Of a DNA stretch of 64,000 bases, positions 38,297-48,712 are shown piece by piece; positions within the stretch are counted from its first letter, which is position 1, and every line of letters starts with the position of its first letter. The stretch comes from an uncultured Solirubrobacterales bacterium. Lineage in GTDB: Bacteria > Actinomycetota > Thermoleophilia > Solirubrobacterales > Solirubrobacteraceae. Under the pieces are notes generated by a model that saw nothing but the letters and a program-made list of their open reading frames with translations, was not told the origin of the DNA and searched no databases. Position numbers and translations under genes: made by a program. The stretch spans positions 2,014,116 to 2,078,115 of the forward strand of contig OY969785.1 in the NCBI GenBank assembly GCA_963703065.1, written 5' to 3'.

Positions 38297-39169
38297 TCAG
38301 GCCGGACGGAGTGGCCGGTCCGCGCCACAGGCCGGCCCGGCGCGGCCGGGCGGCGCCTCAAGCTCGACCGTCTCCAGCGGCAGGCAGGCGTGGCAGAAGC
38401 CTTCGCCGAACGGCGTCAGGCGGATGCTCCGCCGGTCGCTCTTCGCCCGCGCCGTGCGCTTGATCGCACCGAGCACCGCCGGCTGGGCCTCGAGCACCTG
38501 GTAGGCGCCCGGGTCCTCCAGTGCTCCGGCCCCGGTGCGGACGAGGCCGAGGCGGACCAGGTTGTCGAGGTAGGCGGGGACCCGGTCGTGGTGGCGCAGT
38601 CCTCCCTGCGGGCCGAGCATCGTCAGCCCCTGGGCGACGAGCTGCGAGCCGACGCCGATCAGGTTCGCCGCTCGCACGTCGACCGCGGGCTGGGGCCCCT
38701 CGAGGACGAGCAGCCGCAGGATGCGGGCCTCATCGGGGGCCAGCTCGCCCAGGATGCGCGAGAACGCCGGGTGCAGCTCGTCGTCGGCGTCGACGTCGGC
38801 TGCCGCGCGCAGCAGATCGGCGCCCTGCTCGCGCAGCGACGGGGCGTGGCCGTTGCGGGCGCCGCGCCGGGAGAACGTCCCCGGCGGCGGGGCGATCTGC
38901 CGCACCTGACCCTCGAGGTCGGCGATCCCGAGAAACTCCCGCGCGTATCCCCGCGCCCCGGCGGAGAACTCCTCAGCCAGCTCGGCTGCGGCGCCCGGGT
39001 CGAGCGCCACCTGCGCCAGGCGCGTACCGACCTTGAGCGATACGGCGAGGCCCCACCACGCCGTCTTCACCCACGCGTCGGCCGCGGCGCGGGCCAGCTC
39101 CGGCAGCGCCTCGGCGATCGCCAGCTCCTGCGATGTGCGGCGTTCGTCGTCGGGCCCCATGGTGCTCAC
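38297..39169 (-). CDS. DUF4393 / Abi-alpha family protein
   Basis: HPAFSRILGELAPDEARIL, YLDNLVRLGL, LTPFGEGFCHAC; GTGA overlap with the upstream gene. Confidence 0.8.
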   Translation of the reverse strand: MSTMGPDDERRTSQELAIAEALPELARAAADAWVKTAWWGLAVSLKVGTRLAQVALDPGAAAELAEEFSAGARGYAREFLGIADLEGQVRQIAPPPGTFSRRGARNGHAPSLREQGADLLRAAADVDADDELHPAFSRILGELAPDEARILRLLVLEGPQPAVDVRAANLIGVGSQLVAQGLTMLGPQGGLRHHDRVPAYLDNLVRLGLVRTGAGALEDPGAYQVLEAQPAVLGAIKRTARAKSDRRSIRLTPFGEGFCHACLPLETVELEAPPGRAGPACGADRPLRPA

Positions 39170-40443
39170 AACACCACTCCGAACACGACGCCGTGCAGGA
39201 CGCCGCCCGCAAAGCCGAGTACCGCCCCGTGGAGCAGCAGCAGCCACTCGTCCTCCCGGGTCGCTGTCCGCAGCATCTCCGCGAAGTCCTCCGGCGCCAT
39301 CGCTCGCATCCGCTCCGCGATCAGCTTACGCATGGTGGCGCTCTGGCCCGCGCTGAACTCGGGATCGGCCAGCGGGCTCATCATCGTGTCGATCGGCTCG
39401 GTGGCCAGCGCCTGGCGAATCGACTCGTACCCGGCGCCGCCGAGCGCCACGCGCAGCGCCGGCCTGACCGGGCCGACCGCCCCATCGATCACCGGGCGCA
39501 TCGAGGACTCGATCAGCGCGCGCGTGCGATCGGACTGCGGACCGTCGAGCAGCTCGCCGCCGAAGTTCGCCACGGTGATGATCTCATCGGCCACGATCCG
39601 GGCGTAGACGTCGGCCACCTCCGGCTGGCGCCGGACGAACAGGCCCTGGAAGCGCACCGGTCCGTAGCGACGGGGGCGTGCTGGCTCGTAGATCATCCAC
39701 AGGGCGAGCCAGTTCGTGACGTAGCCGACGCCCACGCCGAGGATCGGCAGGATCCACCACGCGGTGAGGAAGTGGGTGAGCGCCGCCACCGGGATCCCGA
39801 GTCCGAAGCCGAACGCGAACCCGAAGTTCTGGATGAAGCGCAGCTCGCGACGACCCATGTCCAGGAACACCCGGTTGGCCAGCTCGGGGTCGGCCTCGAA
39901 GCGCCGGATGACCATCAGCTTGACGTCGACGAGCTGCTCGATGTGCTCAGCGATCCGGCTGGTGAGCAGCCGCACGATCTCCGGCAGCTGGGTCTCCACG
40001 CGGCCGTACACCAGCTCCCGGATCGGGCGCGGCAGCTCGCGCCACAGCCGGGGCTGCTCGCGCTCCATCACCCGGTCGACGATCGGCCGGATCTCCGTCT
40101 GCATCGTCTCGGCGATGTGCGTGGCGATGCGCGCCGGATCGAGCTGGGCGAAGAACTCCCGCGGCGTCCCGAGCTTGGCGATCCCGACGTCGACGGCCAG
40201 CGACCCCATCTTCGCCGCCCGGGAGGGGACGATGCCCTGCCAGCCGATCCCGCCGACCATGATCCCGGGGATCTGCTGGAGCCGGTAGGGGAGCGCATGG
40301 GCCGTCCGGCGCAGCCAGCGAGCGCGCCACCCCCGGAAGTGGACGGGGTAGAAGAGCATGAGCACCCCGGTCCAGTTCGTCACGTACCCGATCGCCCCGG
40401 TGAAGAACGGGACCGCGATCAGGGCGAGCGTGCTGTGGCTCAC
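39166..40443 (-). CDS. DUF445 family membrane protein
   Basis: IGYVTNW...MLFYP, GWQGIVP, and a second GYVTNWLALWM repeat. Confidence 0.85.
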   Translation of the reverse strand: MSHSTLALIAVPFFTGAIGYVTNWTGVLMLFYPVHFRGWRARWLRRTAHALPYRLQQIPGIMVGGIGWQGIVPSRAAKMGSLAVDVGIAKLGTPREFFAQLDPARIATHIAETMQTEIRPIVDRVMEREQPRLWRELPRPIRELVYGRVETQLPEIVRLLTSRIAEHIEQLVDVKLMVIRRFEADPELANRVFLDMGRRELRFIQNFGFAFGFGLGIPVAALTHFLTAWWILPILGVGVGYVTNWLALWMIYEPARPRRYGPVRFQGLFVRRQPEVADVYARIVADEIITVANFGGELLDGPQSDRTRALIESSMRPVIDGAVGPVRPALRVALGGAGYESIRQALATEPIDTMMSPLADPEFSAGQSATMRKLIAERMRAMAPEDFAEMLRTATREDEWLLLLHGAVLGFAGGVLHGVVFGVVL

Positions 40444-40466
40444 GGCAAGGGGTAGCCTCTCACGCC

Positions 40467-41279
40467 GTGAGCCTGACGGCGGTCATCACCGGCGCCTCGA
40501 GCGGCATCGGGGAGGCGACTGCCCGGGACATCGCCCGGCGGGTGCCCGATGCGTCGCTGCTGCTCGTCGCCCGCCGCGGTGAGCAGCTCGAGCGGCTGGC
40601 CGCCGAGCTGCCGTGCCGGGCGATCGGGCTCGCGGTCGACCTGACGGAGGATGACGCGCCCACGCGCGTGCGGGAGGCGGTGGAGCGCGAGCTCGGGGGG
40701 CGGCTCCATCTGCTCGTGAACAACGCCGGCGCGGCGTGGCGGGGGACGTTCGGCGATACCGGTTGGGCGAACGTCGAGCGGCACATGCGTTTGAACTTCG
40801 AGGCCCCGGTCCGCCTGATCGAGGCGCTGCTGCCGATCCTGCGCGCCACCGCGCAGGACGAGGGGCCCGGCGGCCAGCACGTGTCGATCGTCAACGTGGC
40901 CAGCACGGCCGGCCGCGTCTCCCGGCCGAAGTCGGGCGCCTACTCGGCGAGCAAGTTCGCCCTCGCCGGCTGGAGCGATGCTCTGCACGGCGAGGAGCGC
41001 GAGCACGGGATCCACGTCGGCATCGTCCTGCCCGGGTTCGTCAAGACCGAGGGCTTCCCGGCCGCCGAGCTCACCGGCAAGGCGAGCACCCGCTGGCTCG
41101 TGTCCGAGCCCGACGTCGTGGCGCGGGCGATCTGGGAGGCGGGTCCGGGGGGCAAGGCGGAGCGCTACGTGCCCCGGCACTACTACCTGCCGGCCATGCT
41201 GCGGATCCTCGTGCCCGGCCTCATCCGCCGGGCCACGGCGGGCGGCGCGCTCACCACCGCCACCCGCGCGGGCGATTGA
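40467..41279 (+). CDS. Short-chain dehydrogenase/reductase
   Basis: TGASSGIG, NNAG, YSASK. Confidence 0.93.
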   Translation: MSLTAVITGASSGIGEATARDIARRVPDASLLLVARRGEQLERLAAELPCRAIGLAVDLTEDDAPTRVREAVERELGGRLHLLVNNAGAAWRGTFGDTGWANVERHMRLNFEAPVRLIEALLPILRATAQDEGPGGQHVSIVNVASTAGRVSRPKSGAYSASKFALAGWSDALHGEEREHGIHVGIVLPGFVKTEGFPAAELTGKASTRWLVSEPDVVARAIWEAGPGGKAERYVPRHYYLPAMLRILVPGLIRRATAGGALTTATRAGD

Positions 41280-41304
41280 GCTGCACAGGCGGAGTCCCGG
41301 CCAC

Positions 41305-42585
41305 GTGATCGGAGAACCTCGCCGCGTCGCCGTGCTCGGCGGGATCCGCATCCCGTTCGCGCGCCAGGACGGCCCCTACGCCCAGGCGTCCAACCAGGAC
41401 ATGCTGACCTTCACGCTCGATGCGCTGGCCTCGAAGTGCTCGCTCGAGGGCGAGACCCTCGGCGAGGTGGCGGCGGGCGCGGTCCTGAAGCACAGCCGGG
41501 ACTTCAACCTGACCCGCGAGTGCGTGCTGGGATCGAAGCTCGCGCCCCAGACGCCCGCCTACGACGTCCAGCAGGCGTGCGGCACGGGGCTGGAGACGAC
41601 GATCCACGTGGCGAACAAGATCGCCCTCGGCCAGATCGACTGCGGGGTCGCGGGCGGGGTCGACACCACCTCCGACGCGCCGATCGCCGTCGGGGAGGAC
41701 CTCCGCCAGCTCCTGCTCGAGCTCAACCGGGCGAAGTCGACCCAGGCCCGGCTGCGGCTACTGGCTCGCTTCCGTCCGCAGCAGCTGATGCCGCTCATCC
41801 CCCGCAACTCCGAACCCCGCACCGGGCTGTCGATGGGTGAGCACACGGCGAGCATGGCCCGCGACTGGGGGATCGGCCGGAGCGAGCAGGACGAGCTCGC
41901 CGCCGGTAGCCACCACAAGCTCGCCGCCGCGTACGACAGCGGGTTCGAGGACGACCTGGTGACGCCGTACCTCGGCCTCGAGCGCGACCAGAACCTCCGT
42001 CCGGACTCCGATGTCGAGAAGCTGGCCAAGTTGAGGCCGGCGTTCGGGGGCCCGGACGGCACGATGACCGCCGGCAACTCGACCCCGCTGTCGGACGGCG
42101 CCTCGGCGGTGCTGCTGGCCGGCGAGGAGTGGGCGACCGCGCATGGCATTCCGGTGCAGGCGTACTTCGTCGACGCCCAGACCGCCGCGGTCGACCACGT
42201 CCACGCGCGCGAGGGACTGCTGATGGCTCCGGCCTACGCGGTGCCGGCGCTGCTCGACCGCAACGGGCTCACCCTCCAGGACTTCGACTTCTACGAGATC
42301 CACGAGGCGTTTGCCGCGCAGGTCCTGAGCACGTTGCGAGCGTGGGAGGACCCGGTGTTCTGCCGCGAGCGCCTGGGGCGCGAGGCGCCGCTCGGGGCGA
42401 TCGACCGCGGGCGGCTGAACGTCCGCGGCGGCTCGCTCGGTGCCGGACATCCGTTCGGCGCCACCGGCGGGCGGATCGTCGCCAACCTGGCCAAACAGCT
42501 GGCGCAGGCCGGATCCGGCCGGGGGCTCATCTCGGTCTGCGCCGCCGGCGGGCTCGGCGTCACCGCGATCATGGAGGCCGCATAG
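41305..42585 (+). CDS. fadA: Acetyl-CoA C-acetyltransferase (FadA2-type thiolase)
   Basis: QQACGTG, HEAFA, GHPFGATG, CAAGG. Confidence 0.93.
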   Translation: MIGEPRRVAVLGGIRIPFARQDGPYAQASNQDMLTFTLDALASKCSLEGETLGEVAAGAVLKHSRDFNLTRECVLGSKLAPQTPAYDVQQACGTGLETTIHVANKIALGQIDCGVAGGVDTTSDAPIAVGEDLRQLLLELNRAKSTQARLRLLARFRPQQLMPLIPRNSEPRTGLSMGEHTASMARDWGIGRSEQDELAAGSHHKLAAAYDSGFEDDLVTPYLGLERDQNLRPDSDVEKLAKLRPAFGGPDGTMTAGNSTPLSDGASAVLLAGEEWATAHGIPVQAYFVDAQTAAVDHVHAREGLLMAPAYAVPALLDRNGLTLQDFDFYEIHEAFAAQVLSTLRAWEDPVFCRERLGREAPLGAIDRGRLNVRGGSLGAGHPFGATGGRIVANLAKQLAQAGSGRGLISVCAAGGLGVTAIMEAA

Positions 42586-42588
42586 GAC

Positions 42589-44001
42589 ATGTCCGACCGC
42601 TATGCCCAGATCATCCGCAGTCCGGTCGGGCGGATCGTCGCCGGGCAGGTCGGCCTGCCCCAGCCCGTCGAGCTCCAGCGCTACGAGCCGGGCCGGCCGG
42701 TGATCGACGGCCCGGTCCTGGTCGGCGCGGCGTCGCAGGGCGCCCGTCTGGGCCCGGCGGTGGCCCGCGTGCTGGCCGAGATCGGCGCCGAGGTGTTCAC
42801 CCCGATGCACGATGACCTGCGCCACGCGGCTGCGTCGGCCGGCATCGACGCGAAGGTCTGGAACCCCGACACCGCCCCGGCCGAGCAGCGCTTCAAGGCG
42901 CTCGTGCTCGACGCCAGCGCCATCGGGTCCACGACCGAGCTGCACGACGCCTGGGCCTTCTTGCAGCCGACGATCCGCCGGGTGCGGAGCTCCGGCCGGG
43001 TGATCGTGCTCGGCACCCCGCCGGAGGCGGCGGGCGGTGCCCGGGCGGCCACGGCTCAGCGGGCGCTCGAGGGGCTGGCGCGCTCGATCGGCAAGGAGGT
43101 GCGGCGAGGGGCGACCGCGCAGTTCGTGTACGTCACCCCCGGGGCCGAGGTGGCGCTGGGCTCGACGCTGCGCTTCCTGCTCTCGCCGCGCTCCGCCTAC
43201 GTCTCCGGCCAGGTGATCCGCGTCTCCGAGCCGGTGGCCGAGATCCCGGGGACCGACTGGGAGCACCCGCTGGCTGGACAGACGGCGCTCGTCACCGGCG
43301 CCTCGCGCGGCATCGGTCTCGCCATCGCCGAGACCCTGGCCCGGGACGGTGCGGAGGTCGTCGGACTCGACGTGCCCGCGCAGGCCGAGGCGCTCGACGC
43401 CCTCGTCGGACGGATCGGCGGCACGGCGCTGACCCTCGACATCACGCAGGACGGCGCGCCGGAGCGGATCGCCGGCGAGCTGACCGACCGGCACGGTGGC
43501 GTCGACGTCGTCGTGCACAACGCCGGCGTGACCCGGGACAAGACGCTCGGAAGGATGTCGGCCGAGCTGTGGGACACCGTCCTCGGGATCAACCTGATCA
43601 GTCAGGAGCGGATCGACGACGCCCTGCTGGACCGAGCGGCGATCCACCCCGGTGGGCGGATCGTCACCGTCTCCTCGATCAGCGGCATCGCCGGCAACGC
43701 CGGCCAGGCGAACTACGCCACCTCGAAGGCGGGCGTGATCGGCATGGTCCAGTCGCTGGCGCCCGAGCTGCGCGAGCGCGGGCTCACGATCAACGCGGTG
43801 GCGCCGGGCTTCATCGAGACGCAGATGACGGCGGTGATGCCGATCGGCACCCGCGAGGCCGGGCGGCGGATGAACAGCATGGCGCAGGGCGGTCTGCCCG
43901 TCGACGTGGCCGAGACGATCGCCTGGTTCGCCAGCCCGGCGTCGCTCGGCGTCACCGGCAACGTCGTGCGGGTGTGCGGGCAGAGCCTGTTGGGAGCCTG
44001 A
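42589..44001 (+). CDS. fabG: High-molecular-weight 3-oxoacyl-ACP/CoA reductase (FabG4-type)
   Basis: N-terminal extra domain plus TGASRGIG, HNAG, YATSK, VRVCGQSLLGA. Confidence 0.92.
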   Translation: MSDRYAQIIRSPVGRIVAGQVGLPQPVELQRYEPGRPVIDGPVLVGAASQGARLGPAVARVLAEIGAEVFTPMHDDLRHAAASAGIDAKVWNPDTAPAEQRFKALVLDASAIGSTTELHDAWAFLQPTIRRVRSSGRVIVLGTPPEAAGGARAATAQRALEGLARSIGKEVRRGATAQFVYVTPGAEVALGSTLRFLLSPRSAYVSGQVIRVSEPVAEIPGTDWEHPLAGQTALVTGASRGIGLAIAETLARDGAEVVGLDVPAQAEALDALVGRIGGTALTLDITQDGAPERIAGELTDRHGGVDVVVHNAGVTRDKTLGRMSAELWDTVLGINLISQERIDDALLDRAAIHPGGRIVTVSSISGIAGNAGQANYATSKAGVIGMVQSLAPELRERGLTINAVAPGFIETQMTAVMPIGTREAGRRMNSMAQGGLPVDVAETIAWFASPASLGVTGNVVRVCGQSLLGA

Positions 44002-44004
44002 GCC

Positions 44005-44886
44005 ATGGCCGAGCGCACGCTCACCGGCTCCCCGGACATGCGACTCCTGTTCGCCCGGGCCGGCGCGGGAGCGATCCCCGGTGCGTCGCGGTTGCCGTTC
44101 GTCGGCGGTCGCGGGGCGGCGCTGCCGGATCTCGTCCTGACGCTCGAGGACATCGCGGTCACCCGGGATCGTCTCGCCGCCTACGACCGGGTCTGTGGCT
44201 TCGACGTCTCCGATGAGCTGCCGGCCACCTATCCGCACCTGCTCGCCTTCCCGCTCCAGCTCGCGCTGATGACCGACGACGGCTTTCCGTTCGGCGCGAT
44301 CGGGCTCGTCCACATCACCAACCGGATCGTCCAGCACCGTCCGCTCGGCGCGAGCGAGCAGCTCGATCTGCGCGTGTGGGCGAGCGACCTGGAGCCGCAC
44401 CCGCGAGGGCAGCAGTTCTCGCTGCGCAGCGAGGTGCGGGTGCACGGTGAGCTCGTGTGGGAGGAGGTGTCGACGAACCTCCAGCGGGGTGGCGGGGCGA
44501 CCGGCGGGGACCCGGCTGGGGCCGACCCGATCCCGAGCTCCGAGGGACTCGACGGCGGGGCGATCTGGGCGCTGCCCGGAGACCTCGGACGGCGGTACGC
44601 CGCGGTGTCCGGTGATTTCAACCCGATCCACGTCCACCCGCTGAGCGCGCGGCTGTTCGGCTTCCCCCGCGCGATCGCCCACGGCATGTGGACGCAGGCC
44701 CGCTGCCTGGCCGCCCTGGCGCCCCGGCTGCCCGGCGCGTTCACGGTCGAGTGCGCCTTTCGCAAGCCGATCCTGCTGCCCGGGACGGTCGAGTTCGCCT
44801 CCGGCGGCGCCGGCGCCGGGATCCTGTTCGGCGTGCGGGACGCGCGGCGTGGCACGCCGCACCTCGACGGGCGGATCAGCTTCTAA
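44005..44886 (+). CDS. MaoC/HtdX-type double-hotdog 3-hydroxyacyl-thioester dehydratase
   Basis: YAAVSGDFNPIH...IAHGMW hydratase motif. Confidence 0.92.
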   Translation: MAERTLTGSPDMRLLFARAGAGAIPGASRLPFVGGRGAALPDLVLTLEDIAVTRDRLAAYDRVCGFDVSDELPATYPHLLAFPLQLALMTDDGFPFGAIGLVHITNRIVQHRPLGASEQLDLRVWASDLEPHPRGQQFSLRSEVRVHGELVWEEVSTNLQRGGGATGGDPAGADPIPSSEGLDGGAIWALPGDLGRRYAAVSGDFNPIHVHPLSARLFGFPRAIAHGMWTQARCLAALAPRLPGAFTVECAFRKPILLPGTVEFASGGAGAGILFGVRDARRGTPHLDGRISF

Positions 44887-45347
44887 TCCGGGTCGGGCTC
44901 GGTGGCGAGCGCGTCGAACGTCTGTCGCATGCGCTCGAGAACGCGCACTGCGGTCTGGAGCTCGTCATCGGAGAAGTCGGCGAACGCGGCGCGCCACCGG
45001 GGCTCGAACTGCTTGCGCCGCTGGTCGACCAGCTCCCGGCCGTGCGCCGTCAGCGACACGAGCACGATGCGCCGGTCGCGCTCGGATCGCCGGCGGGCGA
45101 CGAGATCGTGCGCCTCCAGCTCTTCGAGCAGTTCGGTGGCGCTCGCCGGGGTGACGTCGGCCAGCGCGGCGAGCTCGGAGGAGGAGAGCTCCTCGGCCTG
45201 GGTCAGGCTGAACAGGAGCGAGTACTGGGCATCGCGCAGCTCGTCGGGGTGACGCCGCTCCCGGGCCCGCAGCCGCCGCACCGCGGCGAGGGTCGCCTTG
45301 AACGCCGGGCCGAGCTCGGTGACCGGCTCCGCGCCGACCGCGCTCAC
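44883..45347 (-). CDS. MarR family regulator
   Basis: SERDRRIVLVSLTAHG; GTGA overlap with the MFS stop. Confidence 0.9.
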   Translation of the reverse strand: MSAVGAEPVTELGPAFKATLAAVRRLRARERRHPDELRDAQYSLLFSLTQAEELSSSELAALADVTPASATELLEELEAHDLVARRRSERDRRIVLVSLTAHGRELVDQRRKQFEPRWRAAFADFSDDELQTAVRVLERMRQTFDALATEPDPD

Positions 45348-46780
45348 ACCGGCACCGCCTCTGCCTCCGGGGGAACGGCCACGGCCGCGGCTCCGCGCGC
45401 CCGGCGCTCGGCGATCATGAGGATGACGGCCGGGCCGATGCCGGCGAAGGTGAGGATGGCGGAGGCCCAGAACGCGGTGCCGAACGCCGACGCGCTGCCG
45501 GCCAGCGTGTGCACGCCGACCGAGGCGCGCTGGAGGACGACCGCGAGCACGGCGGTGCCGATGGACCCCCCGACTCGCTGGAGCACGTTCAGCTGCGGGG
45601 TGGCGTGGGCCAGCTCGCTGCGATCGAGGGCCGCGAACGCGGCGGTCATCGCCGGCATGAAGCCGAAGCCGATGCCGACGCCCCGCACCACCATCGCGAC
45701 CGAGAGCCAGACGATCGACGTGTGCGCGCCGATCAGCCCGAACGGGATGGTGGTCACGCCGACGATGGCGATCCCGATGAGCGCCAGTGGGCCGCCGCCG
45801 TGGCGGTCGGTGAGCCGTCCGGCGATCGGCATCGCCAGTGCCGCGCCGAGCCCCTGCGGCGCCGTCAGCAGCCCGGTGTCGACCACCGACTGGTGACGGA
45901 TCTGCTGCCAGTAGAGCGGCAGCAGGATCATCCCGCCGAACAGCGCCGCGGCCAGGAAGAACATCGCCGCCGACGCCGAGGAGAACGTGGGGCGGCTGTA
46001 CAGGCGGAGGTTCAGCAGCGGGAAGCGCGCCCGCAACGCGTGCCGTGCGAAGATGACGATCAGCCCGATGCCGATGAACGCCGGGACGATCACCTTGATC
46101 GAGCTGAAGCTGCCGGTCGATCCGACCTCGGCCAGCCCGTAGGTGATCAGCGGGAGCCCGAGCGCCATCAGGGCCAGCCCCCGGATGTCGAGCGGGTCCG
46201 CCGGTCGTCGCTCGACCCGTGGCAGCATGCGTAGGGCGAGCACGAACGCCACGATGCCGACCGGGACGTTGACGTAGAAGATCCATCGCCACGAGGCGTG
46301 GTCGAGGATGAGGCCGCCGAGCGCCGGACCGAGGATCGGTGCCAGCATCATCGGCGCCGCCACGACGCTCATCACCCGCCCCATGCGTTCGGGGCCCGCC
46401 GCCTCGGCCATCATGAGCTGGACGACCGGCATGATCATGCCGCCGCCAACGCCCTGCAGGACCCGGAACAGGATGAGCTCGGTGCTCGAGGTGGCCAGGC
46501 CGCAGAGCGCCGAGCCCGCGGTGAACAGCACGAGGGAGACGAGGTAGATCTGCTTGGCGCCGAATCGGCGGGCCGCCCATCCGCTCACCGGGATCACGGC
46601 GGCCAGCGAAAGCATGTAGCCGGTCGACACCCACTGGATCTGGCTGATCTGGGCGTGTAGGTCACGCCCGAGCGTGTCCAGCGCGACGTTGACGATCGTC
46701 GTGTCGAGGATCGACATCATCGATCCGAGGATCACCACGGCGCTGACGCGCCAGACGTCGGCTTCGATGCGGTCGTTCAC
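45344..46780 (-). CDS. MFS transporter, DHA2 (EmrB/QacA) family
   Basis: LDTTIVNVAL, WRWIFYVNVP; GAAGGAG RBS before GTG 46780. Confidence 0.93.
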   Translation of the reverse strand: MNDRIEADVWRVSAVVILGSMMSILDTTIVNVALDTLGRDLHAQISQIQWVSTGYMLSLAAVIPVSGWAARRFGAKQIYLVSLVLFTAGSALCGLATSSTELILFRVLQGVGGGMIMPVVQLMMAEAAGPERMGRVMSVVAAPMMLAPILGPALGGLILDHASWRWIFYVNVPVGIVAFVLALRMLPRVERRPADPLDIRGLALMALGLPLITYGLAEVGSTGSFSSIKVIVPAFIGIGLIVIFARHALRARFPLLNLRLYSRPTFSSASAAMFFLAAALFGGMILLPLYWQQIRHQSVVDTGLLTAPQGLGAALAMPIAGRLTDRHGGGPLALIGIAIVGVTTIPFGLIGAHTSIVWLSVAMVVRGVGIGFGFMPAMTAAFAALDRSELAHATPQLNVLQRVGGSIGTAVLAVVLQRASVGVHTLAGSASAFGTAFWASAILTFAGIGPAVILMIAERRARGAAAVAVPPEAEAVPV

Positions 46781-46794
46781 CAGAATCAGTCTCC

Positions 46795-46821
46795 TTCGGG
46801 TCCGAATCTTTCGGTTCCTAA
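46795..46821. promoter_or_regulatory. Tandem palindromic operators (probable MarR sites)
   Basis: TTCGG-GT-CCGAA (46795-46806) and TTCGG-TT-CCTAA (46810-46821) immediately downstream of the minus-strand TATAGT -10. Confidence 0.6.
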
Positions 46822-46996
46822 CTATAGCGCGGCATGCTCCGATCACAACTTCCTCACCGTCCCGCCGGGCCCCGGTCTACACTGGGCCTCGTACCGGCCG
46901 GGGTGAGCCCGGTAAATAGTGCCCGCGTCCGTAGTTGTTGCCCGTTTCGAGCACCTCCCGCGTTTCGCAGCACACAACACTCCCGGGAGGGATCTC

Positions 46997-47200
46997 ATGC
47001 CAACAGGCACCGTCAAGTGGTTCAGCGACGAGAAGGGCTACGGGTTCATCACGCCCGACGATCAGGGCAAGGACCTGTTCGTCCACTTCTCGGCGATCAC
47101 CGGCAGCGGCTTCCGCACGCTCGCCGAGGGCGCCAAGGTCTCCTACGAGCCCGAGCAGGGCCCGAAGGGGCCGAACGCCGCGAACGTCCAGATTCTCTAG
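46997..47200 (+). CDS. cspA: Cold-shock protein
   Basis: GTVKWF, KGYGFI (RNP1), LFVHF (RNP2); GGGAGG RBS. Confidence 0.97.
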   Translation: MPTGTVKWFSDEKGYGFITPDDQGKDLFVHFSAITGSGFRTLAEGAKVSYEPEQGPKGPNAANVQIL

Positions 47201-47288
47201 GTCGCGCGGACTGCAGTCAATCCGTGACGCGGCCCGCCACCGAGCGGGCCGCTCCACTTAACAGGCCGACCTCTACTCTCATTCCGAC

Positions 47289-48707
47289 ATGACCGCCTTT
47301 GCCGATCTCGGTCTGGCGCCGGACCTCCTCGCCGCTCTTCGGGAGGTCGGCTACGAGTCGCCGAGCCCGATCCAGGAGCAGACGATCCCGCTCCTGCTCG
47401 AGGGTCGCGACGTCATCGGCCAGGCCCAGACCGGCTCGGGCAAGACCGCGGCGTTCGGCCTGCCCATGCTCCAATACGTCGATCCGGGTGACGACGACAT
47501 CCAGGGCCTGGTGCTCACCCCGACGCGCGAGCTCTGCATCCAGGTCACCCAGGCCCTGCGGGCATACGGGAAGCCGAAGGGCGTCGACGTTGTGGCGGTG
47601 TTCGGTGGGGCGCCGATCCGCACCCAGCAGGCCCAGCTCCGGGCCGGCGGCCACATCGTCGTCGGCACGGTCGGCCGGGTCAAGGACCTCATCTCGCGCC
47701 ACTCGATCCTGCTCACCGCGTGCCGCTTCGTCGTCCTCGACGAGGCGGATGAGATGCTCGACCTCGGCTTCCTGGAGGACGTCGAGAAGATCCTCGCCCT
47801 GACGCCCTCCAGTCGCCAGACGGCCCTGTTCAGCGCGACGATGCCCTCGGAGATCCGGCGCCTGGCCGATCAGTACCTGTACGACCCGGTGACCGTCCGG
47901 GTCAAGACGGCGACGCTCACCGTCGACACGGTCGAGCAGTTCTCCCTCCAGGTCCGGCCGCCGGACAAGGCCGACCGCCTCGTCGAGGTCCTCGCGTCCG
48001 AGCGGCCGAGCCAGGCGATCGTGTTCGTGCGCACGAAGATCCGCTGCGACCAGCTCTACCGCACCCTGCGCGACCGGGGGATGAACGTCAAGGCCCTCCA
48101 CGGCGACATGAGCCAGGGGTCGCGGGATGGGGTGATGATCTCGTTCAAGGACGGCCGGCTGCCGGTGCTGGTCGCCACCGATGTCGCCTCGCGCGGCCTC
48201 GACATCACCGGTGTCTCGCACGTCATCAACTTCGACGTCCCCACCTCTCCCGACATCTACGTCCACCGCATCGGCCGCACCGGGCGGGTCGGGCGCTCAG
48301 GGCGGGCCATCACCTTCTTCGAATCGCGCCAGGCGCGCGACATCGAGGCGATCGAGCGCCACGCCGGCGTCAAGCTCGCCCCGTGGGTGGAGAACGCCCA
48401 TGTCGCTCCGATGCCGATCACCCCCAAGCCGCGCCGCCATTCCAAGCCCCACGCGCCGGCGAACGGCGATCTGGTCAAGCTGATCATCGGCGCTGGTCGC
48501 GCGGACGGGCTCGAGCCCTCGGACGTCATCCACGCGGTCACGACCGCCGCGGGCCTGGACGGCGAGGCGGTGCACAACGTCCGCGTGCTCGAGCAGTTCA
48601 CCCTGCTCGAGGTGCCGGCGCTCGACGCCGAGCGGGTGATCGAGCGGGCCGGAGAGGCTCGGGTGAACGGCCGGGGGCTGACGATCGAGGCAGCGCGGGT
48701 AGGCTGA
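47289..48707 (+). CDS. deaD: DEAD-box RNA helicase with DbpA-type RNA-binding domain
   Basis: [27 protein letters not shown]. Confidence 0.93.
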   Translation: MTAFADLGLAPDLLAALREVGYESPSPIQEQTIPLLLEGRDVIGQAQTGSGKTAAFGLPMLQYVDPGDDDIQGLVLTPTRELCIQVTQALRAYGKPKGVDVVAVFGGAPIRTQQAQLRAGGHIVVGTVGRVKDLISRHSILLTACRFVVLDEADEMLDLGFLEDVEKILALTPSSRQTALFSATMPSEIRRLADQYLYDPVTVRVKTATLTVDTVEQFSLQVRPPDKADRLVEVLASERPSQAIVFVRTKIRCDQLYRTLRDRGMNVKALHGDMSQGSRDGVMISFKDGRLPVLVATDVASRGLDITGVSHVINFDVPTSPDIYVHRIGRTGRVGRSGRAITFFESRQARDIEAIERHAGVKLAPWVENAHVAPMPITPKPRRHSKPHAPANGDLVKLIIGAGRADGLEPSDVIHAVTTAAGLDGEAVHNVRVLEQFTLLEVPALDAERVIERAGEARVNGRGLTIEAARVG

Positions 48708-48712
48708 CCGGC

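Noticed and set aside
41758-44862. Very long alternative ORFs (1034 aa here; also 25239..28064, 15525..18065, 32868..35036, 3464..5551, 61705..63663, 49188..51113)
   Set aside because: They are shadow or alternative-frame ORFs over well-supported genes, with Arg/Gly/Pro-rich non-protein-like composition. High GC3 suppresses stop codons.
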